Source: Octopus sinensis
Lineage: Eukaryota
Direction of reading: 5' to 3'
Assembly: GCF_006345805.1 (NCBI RefSeq)
Contig: NC_043000.1
Location: 131,254,001-131,318,000, forward strand
Length of the DNA stretch: 64,000 bases
The position numbers were made by a program, and so were the translations under genes. Numbering within the stretch: position 1 is the stretch's first letter; each line of letters starts with the position of its first letter. This document shows positions 1 through 12,463 of the stretch, piece by piece. Below the pieces are notes generated by a model. The model made no database searches. It was not told the origin of the DNA and worked only from the letters and a program-made list of their open reading frames with translations.

Positions 1-85
1 TACGTTACTGCATATGCTTTATACACATTTTTGACAAGTTGTGGTGCACCTGAGCACTGTATACAATAATTTTATTATTATTATA
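1..85 (+). mobile_element. CR1-type LINE 3' UTR end
   Basis: GACAAGTTGTGGTGCACCTGAGCACTGTATACAATAATTT(ATT)n, the same 3' end as at 24375-24655 and 46165-46508. Confidence 0.75.
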
Positions 86-391
86 TTATTTAATAGAGGA
101 GGGATAGCAAAAGAGATAGGATGTGAATACGATGGTTGATTACTGTTGGAGTATAAAAAGGGATGCCCAAAGCTAAAACATTCCAGGATGCCTAAGAAAC
201 AGAGCTTTCTTCCTTCATACTGGTATTTTACATTTTCAGGAGTTATCATGTTATTGAATACAATTGGCAGACTTTTTGTTTTTAAAACCTTGTATCAATG
301 GAATAGAGTGATCCTAGGCCACCTTTTGTATTTTCTCCATCATAGGCCAAAAATATCACCACTTTAGCCAAAATCTTGCTATAATTAAATT

Positions 392-630
392 ATCATCATC
401 ATCGTTTAACGTCCGCTTTCCATGCTAGCATGGGTTGGACAATTTGACTGAGGTCTGGCAAACCAGACTCCAATCTGATCTAGCAGAGTTTCTACAGCTG
501 GGTGCCCTTCCTAACGCCAACCACTCCAAGAGTGTAGTGGGTGCTTTTACGTGCCATGAGCATGAGGGCCAGTTAGGTGGTACTGGCAACGGCTACGCTC
601 AAATGGTGCTTTTTATGTGCACCTGCACAG
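392..630 (-). repeat. RTE 3' UTR repeat (representative minus copy; others near 920, 8826, 20180, 20765, 47100, 56020, 60105)
   Basis: CATCATCATCGTTTAACGTCCGCTTTCCATGCTAGCATGGGTTGGAC...GCCCTTCCTAACGCCAACCACTCC, seen repeatedly. Confidence 0.9.
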
Positions 631-1069
631 GTAAACTATCTGTGCACAAAATCAGCTACATTCATAATTTTAGTTTTTTTTTATGCAAGGGGGAAGCATG
701 ACAACAAAGCATTTTTCACACTTTAGCCCTTTGCTCCAAAGTCAGATCAAACTAAATTTAATAGTGAAAAACCAAGGTTGTGTGGTTACAAAGATTTTGA
801 TGTAATTGGTAATAACAAATAGCATATCTGGATTTGGTGCAAAAAAGTGCCTCAGAAACACTTGTCTATTCAACAGACACCTTTCTGTTCACAAATTCTG
901 TAGACCTGTGTAATCATCATCATCATCATCATCATCATCACTGTTTTAACATTCACTTTTCCATTCCTGCATGGGTTGGACAGAGTTTATTGAGGTAGAT
1001 TTTTTCACAGCCAATAAAGAAAGAATTATTGTTGTTATTATCATCATCATTATTTTTATTATTAATTAC

Positions 1070-1158
1070 CTTTATTATTTCATTCTGCAACTGTACTATT
1101 TTCTGTTTGTAGTTGTTCAACTCATTTGTCTGACTAATCATCTTCAACTTCAATGCAG
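1070..1158 (-). CDS. CCDC33: CCDC33-like coiled-coil protein, internal exon (A)ALKLKMISQTNELNNYKQKIVQLQNEIIK
   Basis: Acceptor TTTTTGTTTTTCACTTTAAAG and donor AAG|GTAATT. 89 nt, phase 1 to phase 0, joins in frame to the 10586-10830 exon. Resembles the KQKL...LQNELIR segment of CCDC33 as I recall it. Confidence 0.85.
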
Positions 1159-1214
1159 CTTTAAAGTGAAAAACAAAAAGAAAAGAAAGAAACAACAGTT
1201 TATTCTCACTATTC

Positions 1215-1678
1215 ACTACTTTATGTACATGGGAGTGAGACATGGTGTCTGAGGGTAAGCAAAATGGCAATTTTGAGAAGGACCAAGAGAGCAATGATGA
1301 GAGCAATGTGTGGTACGAAACTATTGGATGAAATGAGGGCTGAGGACTTGATGGGGATGCTGGGGTTTGAGGAATCGGTGGAACAGCAGGCGAGGGTGAT
1401 TAGAGTGCAGTGGTATGGTCTCATGTTGAAGAGGGATGAGGATCATGTTTTGAGGAGAGTGCTTGAGTTTAAAGTGAATGAACCTCAAAGGCGAGGTCAA
1501 CCAAAGAAAACGTGGAGGGGACAGGTGGAAGAGGAGATTGGGAGGGTTGACTCGAGGAGGGAGGATGCCCAAAACCAGGTGAGATGATGAGATGGTGTGA
1601 GAGTGGTTGCTGTAAGAGTGAGGTAGATCCAGCCACTCCCGTTAACGGAGACGAACCCGGATTTAAAATACTGGAATT
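1215..1678 (+). mobile_element. RTE-clade LINE, 3' fragment (RT C-terminal region plus 3' end)
   Basis: ORF 1264-1587 has RRTKRAMMRAMCG, QWYGLMLKRDEDHVLRRVL and RRGQPKKTW, typical RTE ORF C-terminal motifs. Confidence 0.85.
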
Positions 1679-2125
1679 CATTCATATATACAGGAAAGCA
1701 TTTAATGGCCACATTTAAATACGTACCTTGAATATGTGTACATTTTCTATAAATATACAGGTTGTATTTTACGCCCACCTGCTCATTCTCTTACCTCTCT
1801 TATTGGTTTCATATGTTAGACTGCTACCTCTCACCTTCTACATTCAGAGCTTTTATATCAATTATATCAACCTCAACAATAGTTTGTTAGGAAATTACCT
1901 TCTTAAAGAGTGTTACAGCTGTAAGAAATTTACACCAATTTACACTAAAAATATGCAATAATGAACACACATACATACATACAAGCTTCAACATGCTTTC
2001 CATTTCCTAAATTTATCTCATAAAAGTATTTGTCCAATAAGAAGCTATAGTTAAAAAAACAAAGCACTCATTCAAAGTGAGATTGAACCTAGAAGCATGT
2101 GTGTCTGAATCAAACCAGATGGATA

Positions 2126-3320
2126 TCAGACTGAGTAAAAAGTAAGCAACATTCATCACAATATATTTCAACAATGTGGATATTTTATTCATCAAAGAAA
2201 GTACCATTACAATCAACACATTTTTGCCAACGAGTTACAAGTTTATTTATTCCGGTAACGTAAAAATCTGGAGTTCTGGAGCTGATGAACTCTTTGAACA
2301 GACTAACAGCATCGATTTGAATTTAGAACTTGTCTTGCAGGAAACCATCAAGGTGCTTGAAAAAGTAGTGGTTGGTAGGAGAAAGGTGTGGGGAATAAGC
2401 TGGGTGAGAAAGAACTTCATAGCCAAGTTCCCTCAACTTCTGGAGTGCCATTAGTGAAACGTGTGGTCAAGCATTGTCATGAAGAATGATTGGCCCTCTT
2501 CTGTTGACCAGTCTGGGATGGAGAAGTAACAGTTTTTCATTCATTTTGGCAATTTCATGGCAATGTTTCTGCAGTAATGGTTTTTCAGGGTTTTAAGTAG
2601 TTATAGTGGATGAGTCCAGCAGTATACTGCCAAACAGTCACCATAACCTTCTTTTTGAAGAGCTCAGGGTTAGGAAAGGTTTTCAGTGCTTCATCTGGTC
2701 CAAACACTGCGAAGAATGTTTTTTATTATTGTACAGAATCCTCTTTTCATCACAAGTTACAATGCGGTCAAGAAATGGATCGGTCTGGTTATGGAGAAGA
2801 AACAACAAGCAAATTTCATATCTGTACATTTTCTGATTTTCATTCAAATAGTGTGGTACCCAGTTATCAAGCTTTTTTGATTTTCTGATAGCATGCAAAT
2901 GGTTGCAGGTAGTTTTCTGGCTAACTTGAAGTACTTTTGCCAGTTCTCAAGTGGTTTTGCATGGATCTTTCTCAATGACGATCCTTAATTGACTGTCATC
3001 AATGACAGATGGTCATCCACTATGCGCACAACCTTCAAGATTCAGGACTCCACTGTGAAATCATTTAAATCGTTTTCAAGCTGACTACTCACTGGTCATT
3101 TCCTCACGGAATGTTTTGTTGATATCATGAGCATTTTCAGCTGCTTTACATCCTTTTATGAAGTTGAATAGCAAAATTGAATCAAATGTCGCACTTTGAC
3201 AGTTCCATTTCAGATGATTGTAATAACAGTGAAAAAAATATCAATGTTAATTTCTTGATGCATTTGAGCAAGTTTATGTCTGTATTACCAGACAATTGCA
3301 AAAAATGTCCCCAAAATTTT
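2126..3320 (-). mobile_element. Mariner (Mos1/SETMAR-like) transposon, degenerate, right TIR lost
   Basis: WVPHYL and DPFLDRIVTCDEK motifs (ORF 2683-2898). Left TIR TA|TCAGACTGAGTAAAAAGTAAGCAAC. Same family as 41348-42623. Confidence 0.9.
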
Positions 3321-4564
3321 AAGGTTCATTAAATAAGTACCAGTTACACACTGGGATCGATATAATCGACTTATTCTCCTGTCGGTCCTTGTTTGTCCCC
3401 TCTATGTTTAGCCCCCTGTGGGCAATAAAGAAATATATATATTTTTTATTTTTACGGGTTTCAACCAAAGGCTGAGGCCATGCTGGTGCAGTGCCTTTAC
3501 TGCATCCAGGGATTTTTCCAGCATTGCTTCTGGTGAAGTAGCAACTTGGACATTGCTGCTCTTCTTTGTGCCTCCTGTCGTGATGTGAGTTCATCCGGTA
3601 TTGCAGATAAAAACTAGACGTTTTTTGAAGACTTCCACATCTACACCTTGCAGATCCCTGATATTGCATATCATCCTTCTCCATCTCTCATTTTTATATA
3701 ACTACATGCATACATTTACAAGCACAGGCAGGGGGGTGTGGCTAGGTAGTTTGGGATTCAGTTCCACTGCATGGCAAGTGTCTTCTACTATAGCTCCAGG
3801 CTGACTAAAGCCTTGAGAATAGATTCGGAAGAAGGAAAACTGAAAGAAGCCTAAGGTGTGTGTGTGTGTATTTGCATGCGTGTTTGTGTGTACTCTTGTC
3901 TAGTCTAGACATTATGTGATGGTTGCAAATGAGCATTACTCTTTTTTTCTTTTTATTTGTTTCAATCATTTGACAGCAGCCATGCTGGAGCTACATCTTT
4001 AGTCAAACAAATCGATCCCAGGACTTATTCTTTGTAAGCCTCGTACTTATTCTATCAGTTGCTTTTGCCAAACCGCTAAGTTACGGGGACATAAACACAC
4101 CAATATTTGGGATGACAAACACAGGCACACAAACATATACATATATACATATATATATTCGATGGTCTTCTTTCAGTTTCCATCTCCCAAATTCACTCAC
4201 AAGGCTTTGGTCGGCCTGAGGCTATAGTAGAGGTGCCACATAGTGGGACTGAACCCAGACCATGTGGTTGGGAAGCAAGCTTCTTAACACACAGCCACAC
4301 ATCATCATAAAGTGAGGTTGTTTGTTTTCAGTCTTCAATGAAAATATACCTGGTCGTGGGGGAATATTACCATGCATGAAAACTGGTGAGGGTTGGTGAC
4401 AGGAAGGCACCCAGCTGTAGATTTCCTGCCTCAGTAAATTTCATGTGACTCATGCCAGCATGGAAAAGTGGACATTGAATGATGAAAACAATAATGACAA
4501 CAACAGCAATGATGATGATGATATACACGGATGTATACATGGATGTACACAGATAATACACATA

Positions 4565-4810
4565 GGTGGCGAGCTGGCAGAAGCGTTAGCACACAGGGCA
4601 AAATGAATTGTAAATGAATTGTAGTGGTATTTCGTCTGCCGCTACATTCTGAGTTCAAATTTTGCCGAGGTCAACTTTGCCTTTCATCCATTTGGGGTCA
4701 ATTAAATAAGTACCAGTTAGGCAGTGTGGTCGATATAATCGACTTAATCCATTTGTCTGTCCTTGTTTGTCCTCTCTGTGTTTAGCCCCTTGTGGGTAGT
4801 AAAGAAATAG
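4565..4810 (+). mobile_element. tRNA-derived SINE family S1 (other copies near 3330, 8099, 9756, 28862, 48006, 50000, 54650, 62640)
   Basis: Pol III-like head (GGCGAGCTGGCAGAAGCGTTAGC; GAGTTCAAATT) and a central GCCTTTCATCCxTTxGGGGTCxATTAAATAAGTACCAG block reminiscent of the conserved Meta-type SINE domain (from memory). Confidence 0.85.
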
Positions 4811-5870
4811 ATATACACGGATGTATGTGACTGTCTACTTTTCCTGACATAACGCGATGGTTTAAGTGAGTGTCACCATTATACCAACAGTATCATTCAT
4901 TTCCAGTCTTCTGTGAAAACATGTTCAGCCAAGGGGAAACATTACTATGCTTGGAAACAACTGAGGGTTGGCAACAAGAAGGGCATCTGATTGCAGAAAT
5001 CTAAATGAATTATAGAAATCTAAAAGGTGGTGGTGGTGGTGGTGGTGGTGTGTGTGTGTGTGTGTGTGTGGTGGGAGGGTGGAGGCGGCGGTGGCGGCGG
5101 CGGTGGTGGTGGTGGTGGTGGTGGCAGCGGTGGTGGTGGTGGTGGTGATATACATTCCTACAATACTTGTGAACACTCTTCATGCTTGAATGGGTCCTAA
5201 ATGGCCAATAAATGATAGTATTATTGGTTTATTTTCTATATAATTAGTGTTATGAAGAGTTGGCAAAGGTAGAGCTTAATCATGTTTACAAAGGAAGTTC
5301 AAGTCTATCTTTATTCACATACAAGTAAAACTGGCATTTAGTGTCTGAGAAATAGAAATTCCCCTCAAAAGTTTCTTTTCAACCAGTCTCTATTGTTATA
5401 TTTCTATAAAACCTAAATGACACCAAAAGCTATTGAAATAAATGTCTCGGATTTTTCATAGGTGATTGGATACCCTCTAAGGTGTTTGGCTCCATACAGG
5501 CCAGAGAGGACAAATTAGTTTAGTTGTATCTCTGCCCCTACATAAGGCATTTGTTGTTGAGCCTCAAGTCAGCTTAACTGAGCTATCCTATGATGAAAGA
5601 CATTCAAGCTGTGACCATTTCCTCTTTTTAGTGAATGTTTAGCATTATATTATCAAGTGTGTTCTTTTCTATTCTAAGATTGTAGACAGGCTGTGATTTG
5701 AGAGAAGTCCGGTTGGGATTTCCTGCAAGTTGGTACTGTTTTTTATGACTGGCAATTTCAGGTATGTAGTGTAAGCATGATGAAATAAATAATTAGGAAA
5801 CATATCTAACTCATATTTCGCTTTTGAATTTGGTTTGCAAGATTCTTTATATGAGTTCGTGTGTTGAAGC

Positions 5871-6340
5871 ATATTCTGTTGTGTCTGGTGAGAGTCATTT
5901 TCTTTTTGTGCCTTATTATTTAACGCACTCACCGGTAAAATTTCCACTTTTTTCTTATTTTTATTTTCCTAAAATTTTCGTTGCGTCTTGCAACCTTTTC
6001 AATAGTCTTGACTATTTTACCGGTGAGTGTGTTTTATTATAAGGCACAAAAAGAAAATGACTTGCCCCAGACACAACACAATAAATGCATCTTTTACAAC
6101 TAAAGTATTTGCAATTACTTATTTCTTATTTTTATTTTCCTAAAATTTTCATTGCATGTTGCAACCTTTTCAATAGTTTTGACTCTCTAAACTATAGTTT
6201 CAAAACTATTGAAAAGGTTGCAACACACAACGAAAATTTTAGGAAAATAAAAATAAGAAATAAGTGGAAATTTTACCGGTGAGCGTGTTAAATAATAAGG
6301 CACAAAAAGAAAATGACTCTCCCCAGACACAACAGAATAT
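5871..6340. mobile_element. Fold-back/palindromic MITE with rearranged internal arm copies
   Basis: ~135-bp inverted arms 5871-6005 and 6203-6340 (ATATTCTGTTGTGTCTGG... / ...CCAGACACAACAGAATAT). Partial extra arms lie between them. Confidence 0.85.
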
Positions 6341-6559
6341 CTATCTCACATATTCATTTTTGATAAGAGTTTCTCACGGTTCTTTTCCATAGTTCAGACT
6401 ATGAGAAGCTAGTAGACTTATCTTTAAAGAAGATTATAATACATATGACTAACTGCTGGGCTTTTGTAATAATGCTACAAGATTGCAGCATGATATTACA
6501 AGGTGTGGATATATCCAAGGTGGCCATATATTTTCAAAAGATTAATTCAAATTTGGGAA

Positions 6560-6760
6560 GAAAAAGTGCATCTTAAATGCCATCAATTTGATGGCATATA
6601 AGACACATAAGATGCTTTTTCTCCACAAAGAATGTCTTAAACATCACCTCACATCCTGTACGTGAAGTTGGGTCTATATTCTTTAAAGCACTAAAAACTT
6701 CATCATAAATATACACAGTTGAAATTGGGGTGCATCTAATATGTCTATATGTCATTTATG
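6560..6760 (-). pseudogene. Possible hAT/SPIN (GTF2IRD2-like) transposase remnant
   Basis: TFFVEKKHLMCLICHQ resembles the FFVExxGKxxCLIC N-terminal zinc-finger motif of that family. No other motifs seen. Confidence 0.3.
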
Positions 6761-8726
6761 TCATCAAATAGAGTACTTAGTAAAATTATTTATCATAAAT
6801 ATATAATATTTTCTATGGGTTCTTCATGGTTATGTATTATAAAAATAAAAGAAAGAAAGAAACTGCCCATGTAATACATAACTTAAAAGCAGCACTGCAT
6901 ATGTGCCAACACACACGAGCTTGAGACATGCACTTATCATGAGGAATTGTGAAAGGAGCTTCATGAGACCACTGCAGAGACGCTTCCAAAAAAATAAAAA
7001 ATTTCAGTAACCATTGGAAAACTGATTATAGCAGTGACTCAATCAATTTCTAGCGATATTTGAAGAAGGATTTTTTGTATTCCGAAATATTATTGTATCA
7101 GATTATGGATAATTAAATTATAACAGTTATTATAGGCCACATGGCATTGTTGTGCCATTCAAAACACATTATATTTCGCAAACAATACACAATGCTTCAA
7201 GCAAACTACAATACTATCCAAAATTAATTTTGTCTTTTTATTAGAGATGTTCCTAAGATGGTTTTGCTAAAGAGGTATAGCATGCAACTATAATTTGGTT
7301 TGCAATGACATTACAACATTGCTGTTCATTGTGGGAGACTGTAATAAAATATTTTAACAAGGTGCAAGTGTGGTTGTGTGATAACAAGTTTGCTTCCCAA
7401 CCACATGGTTCTGGGTCTAGTCCCACTGTGTGGTACCTTAGGCAAATGTCTTTCACTATAGCCTCAAGCCGACCAAAGCCTTGTGAGTGGATTTGGCAGA
7501 TGGAAACTGAAGGAAGTCCATTGTGCTGTGTGTGTGTGGTGGCAGTGTTGGTGGGGGGGTCTTTGTGTCTGTGTTCCCCACCACCACTTGACAACAGATA
7601 TTAGTGTGCATTTACATTCCCTTAGATTAGCAGCTCAGCAAAGGGTGCCAATAGAATAAGTACCAAGTTTTTTTTAAATAATAAGTACTGGGGTTGATCT
7701 AAAAGACTAAAAATTCTTCAAGGCAGTGCCCCAGCATGGCCACAGACTAATGACTGAAACAAGTAAAAGATAAAAGATAAAATGCTATGAGCTATTGCAA
7801 ACAGGAGACATTTTTCACCATTTCCAATCTCTAATTATGTCCAGTTATTTAATTTAAGGGTTGTCAAATCAAAGTATCTCTAGTTCAACCTTGATTTTCC
7901 TTTGTATTTTGATTAAAAGAAAGAAACTTGTTTTAATGTAGGACTAAGAAATTCAGAGATATCCTGGGACACTTTAAATTATACAGTTCTTACAAATCAT
8001 TATTCATTTTTTTGGAAATAAACATCCTATATACAACTGATTGTAATTTGTTATAGACCATAATATTTGTCATGTGTTAACACTCTATACTAAGTTAAGG
8101 TGGCAAGCTGGCAAAAGCATTAGCACACCAGGCAAAAATACTTAGCAGCATTTTGTCCATCTGAGTTCAAATTCTGCCAAGGTCAACTTTGCCTTTCGTC
8201 CTTTCATGGTCAATAAAATAAGTACCAGTCGAGCATTGGGGTCAATGTAATAAAATTAATCCCTCCCCCGAAACTTGAGCTAAAATTTGAAACCAGTATA
8301 CTATACTAATTTCAGTTTTTGCTTACTCATAGCTAAAGTTTTACTGTTTAACTTTTTTCATACTAAGAATTGTTTTAGCAAGTCATTCATTTCAATATTT
8401 TCTGACTCATCAGCATTCTTGAGAATAGAAATATATTGTGTAAAGGTGTTTCTAGAAGTTCAAATCTTTGCCCTCAGTTATTTTTATTCAGTCCAGAATA
8501 ATCTCAATGCTTTCTTCAAAACATATGTTGGAAGTATAAATGATTTTAATAACATCTGCATTCGACTCCAATTCTTAATTTATCCATGTTTATACAAAAA
8601 CATTTCACATAACCCTGGAATTTTAGGCTGTAATATCCTTGGCACTTATGTGAATGTTTGCTACCCTGGTAACTATTTATTTATTTTTTCCATGTTATTT
8701 GTATACATTGAAAAAATATACATACA

Positions 8727-8763
<37 letters not shown>

Positions 8764-8765
8764 TA

Positions 8766-8801
<36 letters not shown>

Positions 8802-9242
8802 TGTATGTATGTATGTATGTATGTATATTTTATCATCATCATCATCATTACTTAACGTTTGTTGTCCATGCTGGCATGGGTTGAACAGTTTGACAGGGCT
8901 GGCACACTGGAAGGTTGCACCAGACTCCAGTCTGATTTGGCATGGGTTTCTATGGCTGGATGCCCTTCCTAATATGAACCACTCCAAGAGTGTAATGGGT
9001 GCTTTTACATGCCACTGGCACAGGTGCTATTTATGTGACACCAGGATGCTGTTACATGACACCAGCATGGTTGCCATTTGCACAACACCAGTATCTACTA
9101 CGACTGTGATTCTGCTCAGCTTGATGGGTCTTCTTCTCAATGATGAGTAAGGCAGTATATAATTATAGAATTAAAGATAATGCTATTGCTTCTTTGGAGT
9201 AATCATTATTTTTTACATTGTCAAGATATATATATATATATA

Positions 9243-9400
9243 CATTTTTTTCTCTCCTTGTTTTTTCTGTGTCCCCTTCTGTAGAAGAGCGTAGGCTTGA
9301 AACGTAAAAGACTTTTTCTATTCCTGAGCGTTATACTAATACATCTGTTTGTTTTGTACACTACCTGTCTTTGTCTTTTGTTTTTTTCGTAAACTCTCCC
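9243..9400 (+). repeat. Penelope pLTR-like repeat with hammerhead-like core
   Basis: CTGTAGAAGAGCGTAGGCTTGAAACGTAAAAGA. Second copy at 15112-15290. Confidence 0.65.
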
Positions 9401-9425
9401 TATATATAGATAGATAGATAGATAT

Positions 9426-9456
<31 letters not shown>

Positions 9457-10110
9457 TATGTATATATATGCATATATATATATATACATCTGTATGTGTA
9501 TGTGTGTGTGTGCATGTACGTATGCATGTATATGTTCTGTGTAACTGTATTTGCTTGCGTTTATGATTTCTGTGTATGTGCATGTAGGAGTTAGTTTGTA
9601 TACATGAACAGTTATATGAATATACAATTAATTTATAAATAAAACTTAATTCCCAGCTTCGGCTCAGATTTTTTTCTCTCTTCAAAATATTCATCTTAAT
9701 GCCATGTTTACAACAACCTGACTTTTCTCATTATTATCTCATAGACATCAAGGGGGCGATCTGGTAGAGTCGTTAGCACACCAGACAAAATACTTAGTGA
9801 CATTTTACCTGTTACTACATTCTGAGTTCAAATTCTGCCGAGGTCGATTTTGCCTTTCATCCTTTCAGAATTAGTAAATTAAGTACCAATTGCATACTGG
9901 GGTTGATCTAATCGACTGGCCCCCACCTCCCCACAAATTTCAGGCCTTGTGCCTATAATAGAACAGATTATCCCATAGACACCAGAACAGGCAATGACTT
10001 GATTGGTAGAGTATTGCACTAGACTGAAATGCCTTGCAATGTCTAGTTTTGAGCATTTACATTGTGAGTTCATATTTCACTCACGCTGACATTGATTCTC
10101 AATCTTTTAA

Positions 10111-10331
10111 CCCTTTCATTACCAACCCGGCTGAAACCGGCTCTGGCTCTGTATTACAAATGTCTTGTTTTCATAAGTTTTGAATTAAAATTTTCCACCA
10201 AACCTTAGTCACAACTTATGTTCCTAACACTAGCTTAATGATAACTAAGTTATTTTACTAAATTCTTTGTTATATTTAAAGTAATTAAAAGAAACACTGA
10301 GCATCTCAAAATAAATACAGTAAAAAAAGGG
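10111..10331. mobile_element. piggyBac-type TTAA MITE family A
   Basis: TTAA|CCCTTT...AAAGGG|TTAA. Truncated second copy at 57361-57563. Confidence 0.85.
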
Positions 10332-10585
10332 TTAAGTAAACTCAGTAATCTATATCTTCACACCAACCAAAGTTCTTCATATTTATGGAAGAAATTACTG
10401 TGACATCTCACTTTTCTTCTCTCTCCCTTCCTCACTTCCTCCAATCCTCTTTCTCTATCTCTGTCTGTCTGTGCTCCCTGCACCTCTCTCTCTCTCTACC
10501 CCACCACTCTCTCTCTTTCTCTCTCCCACCTCTCTCTCTCTCTCAAGCATAAAGAAGAATAAGGAAAACTTAGTTGATTCCTAAC

Positions 10586-10830
10586 CATAATTTTCCATCA
10601 TCTCAGCTTTGGTGATTCCATCAATGTTACTGTACTCAATATGAAAGTCTGTCAGATTTTCATGCCGTGCAACAATATTCTGCAGTTGTATGTTGGCTGC
10701 TTGCAGCTGTGCCACTTGGCTGTTGAGTGCCAGAATGTCCTCTCCCATCCTGCGCACTGCCTGTCTATAGCGTTTCAATTCATCATGAGGCTGAAGTTCG
10801 TCTGATAACCTCACAGGATTTTCTCTATGG
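10586..10830 (-). CDS. CCDC33: CCDC33-like coiled-coil protein, internal exon HRENPVRLSDELQPHDELKRYRQAVRRMGEDILALNSQVAQLQAANIQLQNIVARHENLTDFHIEYSNIDGITKAEMMENY
   Basis: Acceptor TTTGTTTTGTTCTATTGTAG and donor TATG|GTTAG. 245 nt, phase 2 to phase 1, heptad pattern. YRxAxxxMxEDILxLxxQ matches the recalled CCDC33 motif NYRRAMQKMAEDILSLRRQ. Confidence 0.85.
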
Positions 10831-10903
10831 CTACAATAGAACAAAACAAACATTATAATGAATATACATACATACATACGTACATACATACATACACACA
10901 CTT

Positions 10904-10973
<70 letters not shown>

Positions 10974-11127
10974 GCATACTAAACCATCAAAATACACAGA
11001 TGGATGTACACAGATTACATACATATGCAACATATATATGCAAGACGTAAATATACACACAAATACACATATACATGTGTATACGCAATCTTGCTCACAT
11101 ATATGTCTGCATATGTATGTGTATTTT

Positions 11128-11128
11128 G

Positions 11129-11197
<69 letters not shown>

Positions 11198-11216
11198 TAT
11201 ATATATATATATATAT

Positions 11217-11311
<95 letters not shown>

Positions 11312-11330
11312 TAGATATAGATATAGGTAT
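11128..11330 (+). repeat. (TA)n followed by (TAGA)n microsatellite
   Basis: Direct inspection. Confidence 0.97.
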
Positions 11331-11334
11331 AGAT

Positions 11335-11610
11335 ATATTAGAGAAATGAGGTACTCAGAAATCTGGATGGTTTTATATTTACAGATATTTATTAATATGT
11401 CACATGTTTTTATAAATCATTTATTAACGCTTGCATCTACACTAGTAGACTCTCCAGATGTGGAATCCATTCAAATCTGGAGAGTCTACTAGAGTAGATG
11501 CAAGCCTTAATATATGATTTATAAAAAACATGTGACATATTAATAAAAATCTGTAAATATTGTAAATATAAAACCATCCAGATTTCTGAGTACCTTATTT
11601 TTTCTAATAT
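11335..11610. mobile_element. Near-perfect 276-bp palindromic MITE
   Basis: Arms ATATTAGAGAAATGAGGTACTCAGAAATCTGGATGG...GACTCTCCAGAT and ATCTGGAGAGTC...TTTCTGAGTACCTTATTTTTTCTAATAT around a ~15-nt loop (11460-11474). TA-flanked. Confidence 0.9.
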
Positions 11611-12362
11611 ATAATACCTGTGCATCACCTCCAAACCTTCTAATATATATATATATGTGTGTGTGTGTGCGTGTGTGTGTAGTATGTTGAATAGTTTGTT
11701 GTTGATTTACTCTAGGATGTCCAACAAGTCGTAAATCCCTTTGGGGTATTATAATAAAATGAATAATAACATACAATGGATAACTGTCAGCTCATTACAG
11801 CTGTTTCTTATGTGACTTTTTAGTAGAAGAATGACAACATTACTCCAAAAAAAAAAAACCGTAACCATCAGATGAAAAGTAATTTTACAGACAAAAGAAT
11901 ATCTCAAGAATACAGCAAGGACATGGCTGAAGTCTGTTGTGGCCAACTATGAAATGTGATGTGAATGTGTGTGTGTGTGTGTGTGTGTGTCATCATCTAG
12001 GCAGTGGCATTCTTTTGCAGTCTTCCATAAAAATATAAACAGCAGAAATGGGGTTTCTCTGATGTGTCTTTGAAGTAATGCTACTCAGTAGAGTGTGTAG
12101 CTCAGAGATCATAATGGTGCTCCAAGCAGAACCACTACTTCTCCAAAATGTGAGATCACAGCTCCAATACTATGGACATGTGGTAAAAATGGTTTTGGTT
12201 ATATTACTTTTATGTGCATCAAAAGTAGATACTGAAGCTCAATTGAACATATTCTTTGAATATTTCTCAATAGAGAAACAAGCATTTATTTACCAGTTAA
12301 TAGTTAAAGCAGTTATTCTAAAATATCACTTTTTCTATACATTCATCAATCATTAGACATAC

Positions 12363-12463
12363 CTGTTATTAAACCATGGTGACCAGAATTCTCTGCTATT
12401 GAATGGTGAGTCAGGTTTGTGTTGTTCAACACCTGTGGTATCTGAAGGTCCCTCAGTAGTCAT
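12363..12463 (-). CDS. CCDC33: Probable upstream coding segment of the CCDC33-like gene (MTTEGPSDTTGVEQHKPDSPFNSREFWSPWFNNS) within putative exon 12363-12583
   Basis: Strong donor AACAG|GTATGT ending in phase 2, compatible with the next exon. Strong acceptor TTTTTGTTTTTTAG at 12584-12585. ATG at 12463 follows an in-frame TGA. No recognisable homology. Confidence 0.5.

Noticed and set aside
1900-1919. 20-nt micro-exon candidate (AG|CTGTAACACTCTTTAAGAAG|GT, minus)
   Set aside because: Starts in phase 1 but ends in phase 0, incompatible with the 1158 acceptor. The 10586 and 1158 exons already join correctly.
1983-2044. Minus-strand exon candidate FLLDKYFYEINLGNGKHVEA
   Set aside because: Open frame needs a phase-2 start, incompatible with the flanking CCDC33-like exons; no homology.
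8287-9150. 287-aa plus-strand ORF
   Set aside because: Runs through TA/TATG microsatellites and a reversed RTE 3' UTR; composition (YIYIY, MYVC) is repeat-derived and there is no domain.
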